The notes under the pieces are model-generated. The model was not told the origin of the DNA, ran no database searches, and saw nothing but the letters and a program-made list of their open reading frames with translations. From Promethearchaeota archaeon (GTDB taxonomy: Archaea > Asgardarchaeota > Lokiarchaeia > Sigyniarchaeales > SOKP01): DNA of 64,000 bases. The position numbers and the translations under genes are program-made. Below, piece by piece: positions 52,301 through 60,766 of the stretch. The stretch is taken from contig JAEOSU010000080.1 of assembly GCA_016840165.1 (NCBI GenBank), positions 96,001-160,000 on the forward strand, in the 5' to 3' direction. Within the stretch, counting starts at the first letter, position 1; every line of letters begins with the position of its first letter.

Positions 52301-53851
52301 ATTAATATTAATTTCCGTAGTTAAAGAGGATAAGGAGGATTGAAAGGCTAATTGATTTGAATTTAATTCACTTTGCTTATCCTGTAATTCTTTAATTTGA
52401 TTCTCTAGATTTTTCTGGTTTTGATTTTCTTTTGATATAGCTGATTTCAATTCATTTATTTTCTTTCTTATTGCGAGCTCCTCTTTTTTTGTAGCATCTA
52501 TTGCATCCTCTATACTTTCTGCCTCTCCTTTTAATTTTTTAAGATCCTCCTCTAATTTTATTTTCTTCTCTTCATTCTTCTTGATGTTCTCTTTAAGTAC
52601 TTTGATTTGAGCATTATCAGATGAAATATTTTGCTTCACATTTGAAATATCTGATTTAAACTTAGATTGTTCTTCATTTTTAAGCTTGATTTGATTATCT
52701 AAATCAGCTTGATTTTGCTGTCTTGTTTCTATTTCTTCTTTTGATTCTTCGATTAGTTTTTCAGTTTCAGAAATTTTGTTAGTAAATTCGCTTATAATTG
52801 AATCATAGGTTTGTCCCTCCTCAAGTTTCATCTGTTTATTCTCTAATGATACAATTTCTTTAGAATATTTATCAATAGTTTTCTTTGCAATTTCTAAACT
52901 GGTCTGATGAGAAGAGAGTTGAGTTTTTAATTGAGTAATATTTTCGTTAATAGTTTCTTTTTCCTTTTCCTTCTCAGTAATTGTTTTTTGGATGTTATCC
53001 ATGAGGAATGATTCCTGTTTTAATATTTCTTCTTGTCTAGTTATCCTCTCTTCCAGTTCCTCAATAATTTTGGTTGATTGCTCAACATTTTGCTGTAAAT
53101 TTTCTTCCTCCTCTTTTAATTTCGAAATCTTTAGAGCGATTAATTGAGCATTATAATATTTTATTTTTTCATCTAATTCCTTCCAAGCTAATGCATCATT
53201 CTTTTCTTTTTCAACTTTCTTCAACTGAGAGGATACCTCTTTAAAGATAGCTTCGAATTGACCCAAATCTCTCTCAGCTTTTTCTAGTTCTTTCATTGTT
53301 GCATCTTTCATTTCATCGTATTTCTGAAGGCCTATGAGTTCTTCAATAAAATCCCTTCGATTCTCCGGATTCATATGAGTCAATTCAACAATTTTCCCTT
53401 GTAAAACAAACTGATTTGTTCCATCAGGATCTATATTCGCAGTAGCTAGAGCATTTAGAATTTGCTGACGAGTTGCTCTTTTGCCATTTATTTTATATCC
53501 GCCCCCACCACCACGTTTAATTGAACGAGATACTTCAAATGTGTCACCTGGAGTAGGGAAAATATTCTCAGAATTATCGAAATATAGGCTAACCTTCGCT
53601 CTCTGAGAAGGATTCTTTCCTCTAGACCCCGCAAATATTAAATCTTCCAGACTCTTAGCTCTCATCGTCTTTTTGCTTAACCTTCCTAATGCAAATGTTA
53701 ATGCATCAATAATATTGGATTTTCCTGCTCCGTTTGGTCCCACAATGCAAGTAAAGCCACTTGAAAGCTTAATTGTTACAGTCCGGTCGCCAAAACTTTT
53801 AAACCCAGTCATTGATATTTTTTTTATGTGAGTCATCACATTATTCCTCAA
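49388..53851 (-). CDS. smc: Chromosome segregation ATPase SMC, elongated, with non-canonical hinge region
   Basis: GFKSF, GPNGAGKS, VLQG, LEPVNLKAIEQF, LSGGE, DEIDAALD, ISH. Real start probably 53836 or 53839. Confidence 0.95.
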   Translation of the reverse strand: MRNNVMTHIKKISMTGFKSFGDRTVTIKLSSGFTCIVGPNGAGKSNIIDALTFALGRLSKKTMRAKSLEDLIFAGSRGKNPSQRAKVSLYFDNSENIFPTPGDTFEVSRSIKRGGGGGYKINGKRATRQQILNALATANIDPDGTNQFVLQGKIVELTHMNPENRRDFIEELIGLQKYDEMKDATMKELEKAERDLGQFEAIFKEVSSQLKKVEKEKNDALAWKELDEKIKYYNAQLIALKISKLKEEEENLQQNVEQSTKIIEELEERITRQEEILKQESFLMDNIQKTITEKEKEKETINENITQLKTQLSSHQTSLEIAKKTIDKYSKEIVSLENKQMKLEEGQTYDSIISEFTNKISETEKLIEESKEEIETRQQNQADLDNQIKLKNEEQSKFKSDISNVKQNISSDNAQIKVLKENIKKNEEKKIKLEEDLKKLKGEAESIEDAIDATKKEELAIRKKINELKSAISKENQNQKNLENQIKELQDKQSELNSNQLAFQSSLSSLTTEININNTRIAEMEEKKTLIENRIKELSEGKDTEIVLKEMLNKKSAINNELNKLKKEYQQENSTFRKYEQDLELLIMKQDSIESEIYDHKAKIENLNTKLKLVNRDFTNLEREKSDSELKVNNLKSNLAKVENDENNLVSKKENIQRRLNDLIKEKEELSLKIEKTEKEYERNTEDITGILQILNMLTQNINISVESIKSNIQQSNAEAIETSADDFRKFVLDIVDIMKTIEDVSGETDEESETSKSINSILQTLSLFTDNVDSTIDQLISKVKESADVEIQESTTNFDSFVQDLMEILENVYISLRKLTMSKSQDLYKQLEAISLNIASQTDDLNTIENKLTEVNINKKRDSEDFALYTKRLDEVNRKISEASETISKSEEEISQRSNQINEKEKENYEDDIKKLKDLKSKYWENIEIIQGKIDSKQKELEQLQINLQELQGIQSLFDSIIEIETNIEDLKKYIDSKKETINEIKNKIDSVNREQESINSNINELIGKKEKFWENTESIRVQIDEQNKILEETMNKLRSLDNIMMIITSIEDLSKENSDAKINIEASKKNVEENKKQIESLQSKVDEIQNIIDGLRQEKSKEIELQKAAQKNLNKLNNDLQKNQGNLNEINKNKERENKILALHQDIDDTEKEIEKISIEIKKFEENLSQEKQNKNLKQEELNQFIQQKDESWNKQKNYQKIITDLKTDYSMENSKINNYESRIIITKDQIETLYHRSKDYGVIPPVTDDLSESGLQSDISEASKKKNALEPVNLKAIEQFDAVKERFDEIDMRRQTIQRERKAILDAIEKIELEKTRTFMKAYHEINREFSRIFQKLSPGGSAKMILDRPDKPFEGGVSIEARPRGKKISSLEILSGGEKTLVALSFIFAVQEFYPAPFYIMDEIDAALDGPNVHRVSMVIKEFAQQAQFMVISHREENIVNADRIYGVTMQQSGITDIFSVDLEEEAKKLLELPDVPTNIEES

Positions 53852-54016
53852 ATTGATTCAGATTTCTATACTTACAAGAAGATTTGAATAAAAATCATTC
53901 CAAAATCGTTGTTTATTTCTTGATTCTTTATAACTTAAAGAATTATTACAACTATATATATAATCATTATTTAAATAGTTAAGATTTTTGGAATATTTGA
54001 CTTATAAAATTAGTTA

Positions 54017-55207
54017 TTATTTGCCAAATATGGAATCTACAATCGCCTTAAGCTGTTTAGGATTAATAAATAAATAAAAAGATGTATCATCTGAAATCTT
54101 GCTAAAGATAGAACCCCTTTCAAATTTAAAACTCTTTTTAGAGATATTGATTAATCCCACACTCCTTAAATTTCGCAAAATGTCATTATATTGAGTTTTA
54201 CTGGCAATATATTCTATTGATTCACATGAGATGATATATAACTCTTTTAGCTTTTTATTAGATATGTAGTAATTAGAATTTCTTAAGAAAAAGTTTGCTA
54301 GATTATCCAGAAATATAATAATAAGGAGTTCTTCTTCAGAAATATAGGAAAGCAACGAAAATTCGTCTGAAATTTGGATGGAGTCAAATTGATTTTGAAT
54401 GAGTGAGATAAAATCTAAATGACTGATATATTTTGGATCTTTAAGAAGAGGATATAATTCTTTAAATATTTCAATTCCTTTTCCAGGCACGGGTACATAA
54501 TGTTCAAAAATTAAGTCTGTGATGTATTCAATCAATTCAATATCTATTTCGTGCATAAAAGTTAATGAAACTCTTTGTTTTAGAATATCTAATAATTCAG
54601 AATAAGAATAGAATTCTAATTTTTTTTTGTAATCAAACTCATTTAAAAGATCAAAAGTCTCACTTCGATTTACTCTATTTACTGTAGAAATTATTGTTGT
54701 TTTCGTCTCTTTTCCATAATTCAAAAATTTTTTGAAGTTTTGAGGTTTTAAATCTTCAATATTATTAAAAACCATAATCAACGGATTAGTAATTTTACTG
54801 GTTATCAGTTTAAATGTATTCCATAACTCAGATACACTAGCCTTTAAAAATGAAGTTAAATTTAGCTCAAAATTGCACATAAACGAGAGATCTGAGATTA
54901 AACCGAAAAAAATTTCATGCAGATTTTTGTCTTTACAATCTACACTAACTTCATAGATTATTGAATCCAATTGATTTTGATAGATTAGGTCTTTAGTAAC
55001 TTTATTTATTATAACTTTTTTACCTATTCCTTGCAGTCCTTGATATAGGACATTGCAACAGAAATTATCCGATAATGAATCGTTTAGAAGAGATTTAAGA
55101 TAATTCTCTTCTTTAGCTCGATATAATATTTTTGGAGGGACATAATTAACATCAAATAATGCTTTAGGACCAATATAATCATTAAATGTTTCAGATTTTA
55201 CTATCAT
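54017..55207 (-). CDS. Cdc6/Orc1-like AAA+ protein with degenerate Walker motifs
   Basis: LFDVNYVPPKILYRAKEE N-terminus, GLQGIGKK, VDC, YSYSELLDILKQRV, C-terminal winged helix (LY...C...LRSVGLI). Confidence 0.75.
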   Translation of the reverse strand: MIVKSETFNDYIGPKALFDVNYVPPKILYRAKEENYLKSLLNDSLSDNFCCNVLYQGLQGIGKKVIINKVTKDLIYQNQLDSIIYEVSVDCKDKNLHEIFFGLISDLSFMCNFELNLTSFLKASVSELWNTFKLITSKITNPLIMVFNNIEDLKPQNFKKFLNYGKETKTTIISTVNRVNRSETFDLLNEFDYKKKLEFYSYSELLDILKQRVSLTFMHEIDIELIEYITDLIFEHYVPVPGKGIEIFKELYPLLKDPKYISHLDFISLIQNQFDSIQISDEFSLLSYISEEELLIIIFLDNLANFFLRNSNYYISNKKLKELYIISCESIEYIASKTQYNDILRNLRSVGLINISKKSFKFERGSIFSKISDDTSFYLFINPKQLKAIVDSIFGK

Positions 55208-55340
55208 TTTATCTAAATTTAATTTTTAGATATAAATTTAATAATAACTATTTAAACCCCCCCAGAGAGTGGGAGGTGATTGGAAGTAAATTTAATTTTT
55301 TATAATTTAAAATTAGAATTATAGGGAAAAGAAAACCTGT

Positions 55341-56159
55341 TTATAACGAGATAATATTTACCTTTATATCAGTTTTTTCTAGTTTTTCATCTAATCTCTG
55401 CTTCCTTAGCTTATTTGCAAACTTTATATCGATTTTATCATAAATATATCCATTTGAGCTATAAGGAGCTTCAATTACTCTTAAAAGCGAAGGAGAGTAA
55501 TGTTCAGGAACAAAAGAAATGATTTTACTTTTACCTGAAAATTTTCTTTTAAAAAATTCTCCATAGGTATTAGAGGCTACAACGGGAATCCTATTTTCTA
55601 ATGCTCGAGCTTTTAAATAAATATCCCAGTTATTTAACCCCATATCTCTTATCTGAGTAGGAGAGAACAAAATCTCAGCTTCTTTTTCAGAAGCTAACCT
55701 TGGGGTTTCAAAGAAAGCCATATCAAAACAGATTAATATTGCAAAATTAAATGATTTCAATTTAAATATATTTAAAACCAATGAAGATTCAAACTTTTTA
55801 CGTTCATAAGAATAAAGATGAATTTTATCTTGACGACCAATCTCTTCACCATATTTATCGAAGAAATAGGAAGTAATAAATGGTTTTTTAGTTGTTGGGC
55901 GCTTTTCCCATATCCCTCCTGAAATAATATTAATACTATAATCCGTCGCGAGTTTTTTTACAAATTCATAATCTTGACCTCTTTCTTTTTGAAAGTTTAG
56001 GGCTATATCTTTCGAATAAGGTACCCACCTCTCAGGTAAACAAGCAATTTCACAATCATTATGCTCTTCAAGTAAGTTACTTATTAATCCTTCAATCTCT
56101 AAATAGCATTTTTTTTTATTTGGATATATTTCTGGTTGAATAGAAGCAACATTTAACAT
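55341..56159 (-). CDS. Carbon-nitrogen hydrolase (nitrilase/amidase family)
   Basis: LPE, KIHL, ICFD triad; RALEN. Confidence 0.9.
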   Translation of the reverse strand: MLNVASIQPEIYPNKKKCYLEIEGLISNLLEEHNDCEIACLPERWVPYSKDIALNFQKERGQDYEFVKKLATDYSINIISGGIWEKRPTTKKPFITSYFFDKYGEEIGRQDKIHLYSYERKKFESSLVLNIFKLKSFNFAILICFDMAFFETPRLASEKEAEILFSPTQIRDMGLNNWDIYLKARALENRIPVVASNTYGEFFKRKFSGKSKIISFVPEHYSPSLLRVIEAPYSSNGYIYDKIDIKFANKLRKQRLDEKLEKTDIKVNIISL

Positions 56160-56170
56160 TTTGAATCTAT

Positions 56171-56914
56171 TTAGACTTTTTTTTTATTCAAGTTAGACAC
56201 AATATCAAAAAGTTCATATAACTGATGGATTTCATAATCTGGCATACTTTTATCATCTAAATTTTGTTCAGATAAAGAGAGATCATATTTCCCTCCTCGA
56301 TGAATGTAAATTGTATATATGTTATTCAAATTTGCCGGAATAATATCTTTCTCTATATTATCTCCTACATATATAGTCTCATTCCCTTTAACACCAAATT
56401 TCTCTAAAAAATATTCAAAAAGTTTTGGATTCGGTTTCCGAATTCCAATCTCATCGGTGATTACTATTAAATCAACTAATTTGTCAATTTCAAGTCTTAA
56501 AATTTTTTCATATTGTTTGATTGGAATTCCATCACTAATTATGGCAGATTTAATTCCCATATCTTTGATTTTTTTAAGAGTTGGTTTCACATCGTCATAA
56601 AGTTTTATAGAATCAATTTTTTCTTGATGATAAGCCATTACAGCTGCAGCAATGTATTTATATTGTTCATTAAAAGAGATGGAAAAATCTTCGATGGTGT
56701 TTAATCTTCTGATAAAATAATCATAATGTTTAGAAGAATTAGATCCATATTCGTTTACAATCTCATTTAATAGGTTGATAGCATTTTTACGGTCTAATTT
56801 TAATCCTAGTTTAATCATTGCATCAATTCCTTTAATGCGAGCTCTTTCTGAAAGTCCAGTAGAATCAAAAAGGCAATCATCTAAATCAAATCCTATCAAT
56901 TTTATTGGACACAT
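56171..56914 (-). CDS. HAD-superfamily hydrolase (archaeal subfamily IA)
   Basis: FDLDDCL, ISDG, KPNP, YVGDNIEKDI. Confidence 0.9.
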   Translation of the reverse strand: MCPIKLIGFDLDDCLFDSTGLSERARIKGIDAMIKLGLKLDRKNAINLLNEIVNEYGSNSSKHYDYFIRRLNTIEDFSISFNEQYKYIAAAVMAYHQEKIDSIKLYDDVKPTLKKIKDMGIKSAIISDGIPIKQYEKILRLEIDKLVDLIVITDEIGIRKPNPKLFEYFLEKFGVKGNETIYVGDNIEKDIIPANLNNIYTIYIHRGGKYDLSLSEQNLDDKSMPDYEIHQLYELFDIVSNLNKKKV

Positions 56915-57129
56915 TATCTTTAGTAAAGGAAAATCAAATTTATTGGATTTAAAATTATATTTGAATTTTTAGTGTATGAAATCTCTACTACGGCTTTTAG
57001 ATATTTAGTTAAGTTAAATTTATTTATCTTTAAATATATATAATGTTTAAATATTAATTTATTATGCTTTAGAATTTAAATATTTAATTCGGTTTGCTGA
57101 ACTTCATTACATTTGTGGGGATTTAATTC

Positions 57130-58251
57130 TTGAGAACTATTACTGCATTGTGTTACTTTCATAGAAAAATTGGACCCATAGTTTTTTACTCTTATCCTGA
57201 AAACTTACTAGATGACCAATTATCTTTAAGACTTGCAAATATAATGGATCAAACAGTTAGTGAAGGTTTTTTTATTCATTCAATTGAAAATAGGAAATTT
57301 ATGAATTTTTATTTTGAAATCCGTTCTGATTGGGCTCGTGGAAACAAGGAAATGCTAATGATTTCTATTGTTTTTGATCGTCAAATCTCTTCCGATTTAG
57401 AAATAAATGTGAAAACTTTATGTGCAGAATTTTCTGAGAAACTTTTAACAAATGAAAACATCTTTACAGCATTTTATATTAATGACATCGATAATTTTGA
57501 TGAAAAAGATAAAGAACTGATTTTTAATAATAATTCTTTGATTAATTCGTGGGTAAAAGAATTATACTGGGCTGTTTTAGAAGAGACTCGTGAAAGAACT
57601 GAAGAGGAAAAAATCGCAACTTTGTTAAATAAAAAACATATCTTTTCAACGCTTAGAAAACTATCAAAAGGACCTATTACTTTGGAAGGTCTGAGAGAAT
57701 GGTTTGATGATGAATTCCCGAAATTAGATTTTAAAGAGCTTATTGACTCCTTAGCAGAAAAACAATTTATTTTTATCAACCAAATAGGGTTTGTTGAAAA
57801 ATATGTACTTTTATTGAAAGAAGTAAATGCGGAACGAATCCCTCCAGACAGCGTGATTGAATATATAGAAGGTGCACCTGAACAAGTTGAAAGGGAATTA
57901 ATTGATCTTTTACTGCCAAAAGTGCAGGAATATTTTAGCAGTTATGAAAATAAATCGAAAATGGAATTAGAAAAAGATACGTATACGTTATTTCAAATTG
58001 TATCTGATCCAAAGAAATATAATGTACTTTCAGAACTCAGGAATGGATTAATTTCAAAAGATAATCTACCTAAATTAGTCTCCAAAAGAACACTAGAATA
58101 TTTAAACTCTTCATTAGATTTCCTTAAACAGCATGATATTATTGAAGAGTTGAAGTTTAAAGGAAAACGATACGTGGTACTCAAAACTGATATACAAATT
58201 ACCACTTCTTTCCCCGAATATTTAAGAAAGTTATTACCGAAAGAAAGTTAA
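57130..58251 (+). CDS. Longin/uDENN-like protein (NPRL2/FLCN/SMCR8-like N-terminus) with probable C-terminal winged helices
   Basis: CYFHRKIGPIVFYSYP first strand-turn and FEIRSDWARGNKEMLMISIV hairpin. Confidence 0.6.
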   Translation: MRTITALCYFHRKIGPIVFYSYPENLLDDQLSLRLANIMDQTVSEGFFIHSIENRKFMNFYFEIRSDWARGNKEMLMISIVFDRQISSDLEINVKTLCAEFSEKLLTNENIFTAFYINDIDNFDEKDKELIFNNNSLINSWVKELYWAVLEETRERTEEEKIATLLNKKHIFSTLRKLSKGPITLEGLREWFDDEFPKLDFKELIDSLAEKQFIFINQIGFVEKYVLLLKEVNAERIPPDSVIEYIEGAPEQVERELIDLLLPKVQEYFSSYENKSKMELEKDTYTLFQIVSDPKKYNVLSELRNGLISKDNLPKLVSKRTLEYLNSSLDFLKQHDIIEELKFKGKRYVVLKTDIQITTSFPEYLRKLLPKES

Positions 58252-58294
58252 GAAAACTTATAGAAATAGGGACTCAAACAATAATAGTTTTAAT

Positions 58295-58555
58295 ATGGCT
58301 GAAGATAACGAATCATTAGAAGATTTAAAATATCTATTAGGAAATATGGGAATTGATATACTTTTAGCTATAGGGGAAGGCGCAAAAGATTTTGAAACTA
58401 TTAAGATATTCTCAGGTTTACCTTTAATATGTGTTAAAGGCCGCATCCCTGTTCTGTTGGAGCTTAATCTTGCGAACAAGGATAATGATGAATATTATTT
58501 AACAGAAAAAGGTTTGCGCTTCAAAAAAGAAATGAATTCAATAATAAAGAAATAA
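58295..58555 (+). CDS. Small winged-helix protein
   Basis: DILLAIGEG...LLELNLA...YYLTEKG pattern. Confidence 0.65.
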   Translation: MAEDNESLEDLKYLLGNMGIDILLAIGEGAKDFETIKIFSGLPLICVKGRIPVLLELNLANKDNDEYYLTEKGLRFKKEMNSIIKK

Positions 58556-58564
58556 ATTAGATTT

Positions 58565-58630
58565 CAGATTGGGGCGACAACGTCCTTGCTACGAGCAATA
58601 GCTCTAATCATTTGTCATAAGTTCATCATC
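58565..58630. ncRNA. Candidate small structured RNA between convergent genes
   Basis: GC-enriched island. Plus strand folds as a three-way junction; minus strand has ATGATGA...ATGA...CTGA boxes. Confidence 0.4.
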
Positions 58631-59105
58631 AATCTAAATCATTATTATCTAAGTCATTGTGAGTTAAATATTTTTTGTAATATTTTTTTTGATAGTACCC
58701 AGGTTCTTTATAACCACCTATTTTATTAATAAGATTGCTTAAACCATCTTCTTGTGAGAGCTCTGTTTTTATCAGATTATATAATTCAATTGAGAGTTCT
58801 TTTCTGTTTAATAAGTATTCTAATATCGCAAATGCATCACTTAAATTATCACAGCGCCTTATGAAATCAAAAACACCAGGATTGGTTATATTTTCCTTAT
58901 AATCTTCAAATGGATTTTTTTCTGATTCCTTTTTTATACGGATAGCGTCAATTGAAAGTTGTTTCTTTTTTTGAACTATCTCTGAGGTTAAGTTCGGAAA
59001 ATGTTTTTCTAAATCCTCTTTAGCATATATTATATTTAATCCATTCTCTTGATTAATTTCAGAATTATTGACGATCTTTTTCTTTTCTTTGATTTTTTTT
59101 TCCAT
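58629..59105 (-). CDS. DUF2095-like archaeal protein
   Basis: FPNLTSEI...PGVFDFIRRCD...ILEYLLNRKELS...KEPGYY. Confidence 0.75.
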   Translation of the reverse strand: MEKKIKEKKKIVNNSEINQENGLNIIYAKEDLEKHFPNLTSEIVQKKKQLSIDAIRIKKESEKNPFEDYKENITNPGVFDFIRRCDNLSDAFAILEYLLNRKELSIELYNLIKTELSQEDGLSNLINKIGGYKEPGYYQKKYYKKYLTHNDLDNNDLD

Positions 59106-59286
59106 TTTAAAGTAATTTAAAGGTAAAAATGCTCATTTGAGAGTTAATTAACATAATCCGTATAAAAATATATAATAATCTATTAAAATTATTCAAGAAA
59201 AACTTTAATTAAATCTAAATAAAAACAATAAAATTAATTAATTTCTCATTATTTAATATACCAAGATAGACACAGTTGTTTTTATT

Positions 59287-59871
59287 ATGAAGTCGGGATA
59301 TGCCTATGTCAAGGAAACCTTTGAGAAACATGAAAAAGAATACCAATCTCCAAATTGGAAACGAGGAATAGAATATCGAAAAGGTAAGGCCATCCAAAGA
59401 GTTGAATATCCATTAAATATTAGCCGTGCCAGAAATTTAGGATATAAAGCTAAACAAGGGTATGTAGTTGTTAGAGCGAAAATTAGAAAAGGTGGCATGC
59501 ATAAAGTAAGACCAAAGCGAGGTAGAAAACCTCGGGCGTTAGGTGTCTCCAAATATACAACAGGTAAGAATCTACGCTGGATAGCTGAAGAACGCGTTCA
59601 AAGGAAATATCCAAATATGCAAGTACTCAATAGTTATAAAGTATATTCTGATGGAAAAAGTTGGTATTATGAGGTAATTTTAGTCGATCCGAATCATCCT
59701 GTTATAAAAAATGACCCTAAAATTAACTGGATTTGTCAAGCACATCAAAAGAGAAGAGCCAATCGTGGTTTGACCTCTGCTGGTAAAAAGTCTCGTGGTT
59801 TACATAAAAAAGGATGGGGTTCAGAAAAGACTAGACCCAGTATAAGAGCTAATAAAGGACGAGGTAAATAA
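59287..59871 (+). CDS. rpl15e: 50S ribosomal protein L15e
   Basis: ARNLGYKAKQGYVVVR, IAEER...PNMQVLNSY, RGLTSAGKKSRGL. Confidence 0.97.
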   Translation: MKSGYAYVKETFEKHEKEYQSPNWKRGIEYRKGKAIQRVEYPLNISRARNLGYKAKQGYVVVRAKIRKGGMHKVRPKRGRKPRALGVSKYTTGKNLRWIAEERVQRKYPNMQVLNSYKVYSDGKSWYYEVILVDPNHPVIKNDPKINWICQAHQKRRANRGLTSAGKKSRGLHKKGWGSEKTRPSIRANKGRGK

Positions 59872-59916
59872 TTTCTCTTCCTATTATATTCTAATCCTTA
59901 ATTTTTTAAAAAAAAT

Positions 59917-60726
59917 TTATAATTTGTTTATACTACAAGTCATTCCGCCGTCTAATATTAGATTATGGCCTGTAATATAATCTGCTGCTGGAGAGGCTAA
60001 GAATAGGGCAACCCCGGCAACATCTGTAGTTTCTCCAACCCTATCAATGGGAAGAGATACTTTTCTTAATTTAATCCATTCCTTAATGAACTCTCGACTT
60101 TCATAAATTGGAGTAAAAAAGATTCCTGGACAAATAGCATTTACAGTTATATTATTAGCTCCTAGCTCGAGAGCCCACAATTTAGTGAACATAATGAGTC
60201 CAGCTTTACTTACGCTGTATATACCAATAAGAGGATTAGCACCACATTCCGTTCCGGCACATGAAGTAATATTAATAATTTTTCCCGCAATTGGTCTATA
60301 AGATTGGTTTTTCATTTTTTTATGGAATATTTTAGTCATATTCCACGCTCCTTTCAAATTTACATCCATAATTCTGTCGTATTCTGTTTCTTTGGCACTA
60401 AGTGAAAAAGAACTTGCCCTTTTTCCTACTCCTCTAACTCCTGCATTATTTACCAAAATAAAAACATTATCAAATCTACTAAAGGTTTGTTTACTCATCT
60501 CTTTAACTTCATCAACTTTAGAAATGTCTGCTTTCACTAGTAGAATATCAGATTTAACCGATTTTAAAATTATCTCACGAGTTTCTTCGATTCCTTTCAA
60601 GTTGATGTCATTTAGTACCAGATCAGCTCCTTTTTGAGCGAATCCTTTTGCCATCTCACGGCCAAAACCACTTCCTGCACCAGTTATCAAAACTGTCCTA
60701 TTTTCTAAAAATTTTTCATTATTCAT
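59917..60726 (-). CDS. Short-chain dehydrogenase/reductase
   Basis: TGAGSGFG, NNAG, YSVSK, VNAICPG, DGG. Confidence 0.92.
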   Translation of the reverse strand: MNNEKFLENRTVLITGAGSGFGREMAKGFAQKGADLVLNDINLKGIEETREIILKSVKSDILLVKADISKVDEVKEMSKQTFSRFDNVFILVNNAGVRGVGKRASSFSLSAKETEYDRIMDVNLKGAWNMTKIFHKKMKNQSYRPIAGKIINITSCAGTECGANPLIGIYSVSKAGLIMFTKLWALELGANNITVNAICPGIFFTPIYESREFIKEWIKLRKVSLPIDRVGETTDVAGVALFLASPAADYITGHNLILDGGMTCSINKL

Positions 60727-60766
60727 ATTGACTCAATTTATTTTTTCATTATAAAAATAAAAGAAA

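Noticed and set aside
58565-58631. Possible SECIS element and Sec readthrough of the TGA-TGA-TGA stop
   Set aside because: The minus-strand helix has two A-C mismatches and no apical AA loop; the upstream protein looks complete
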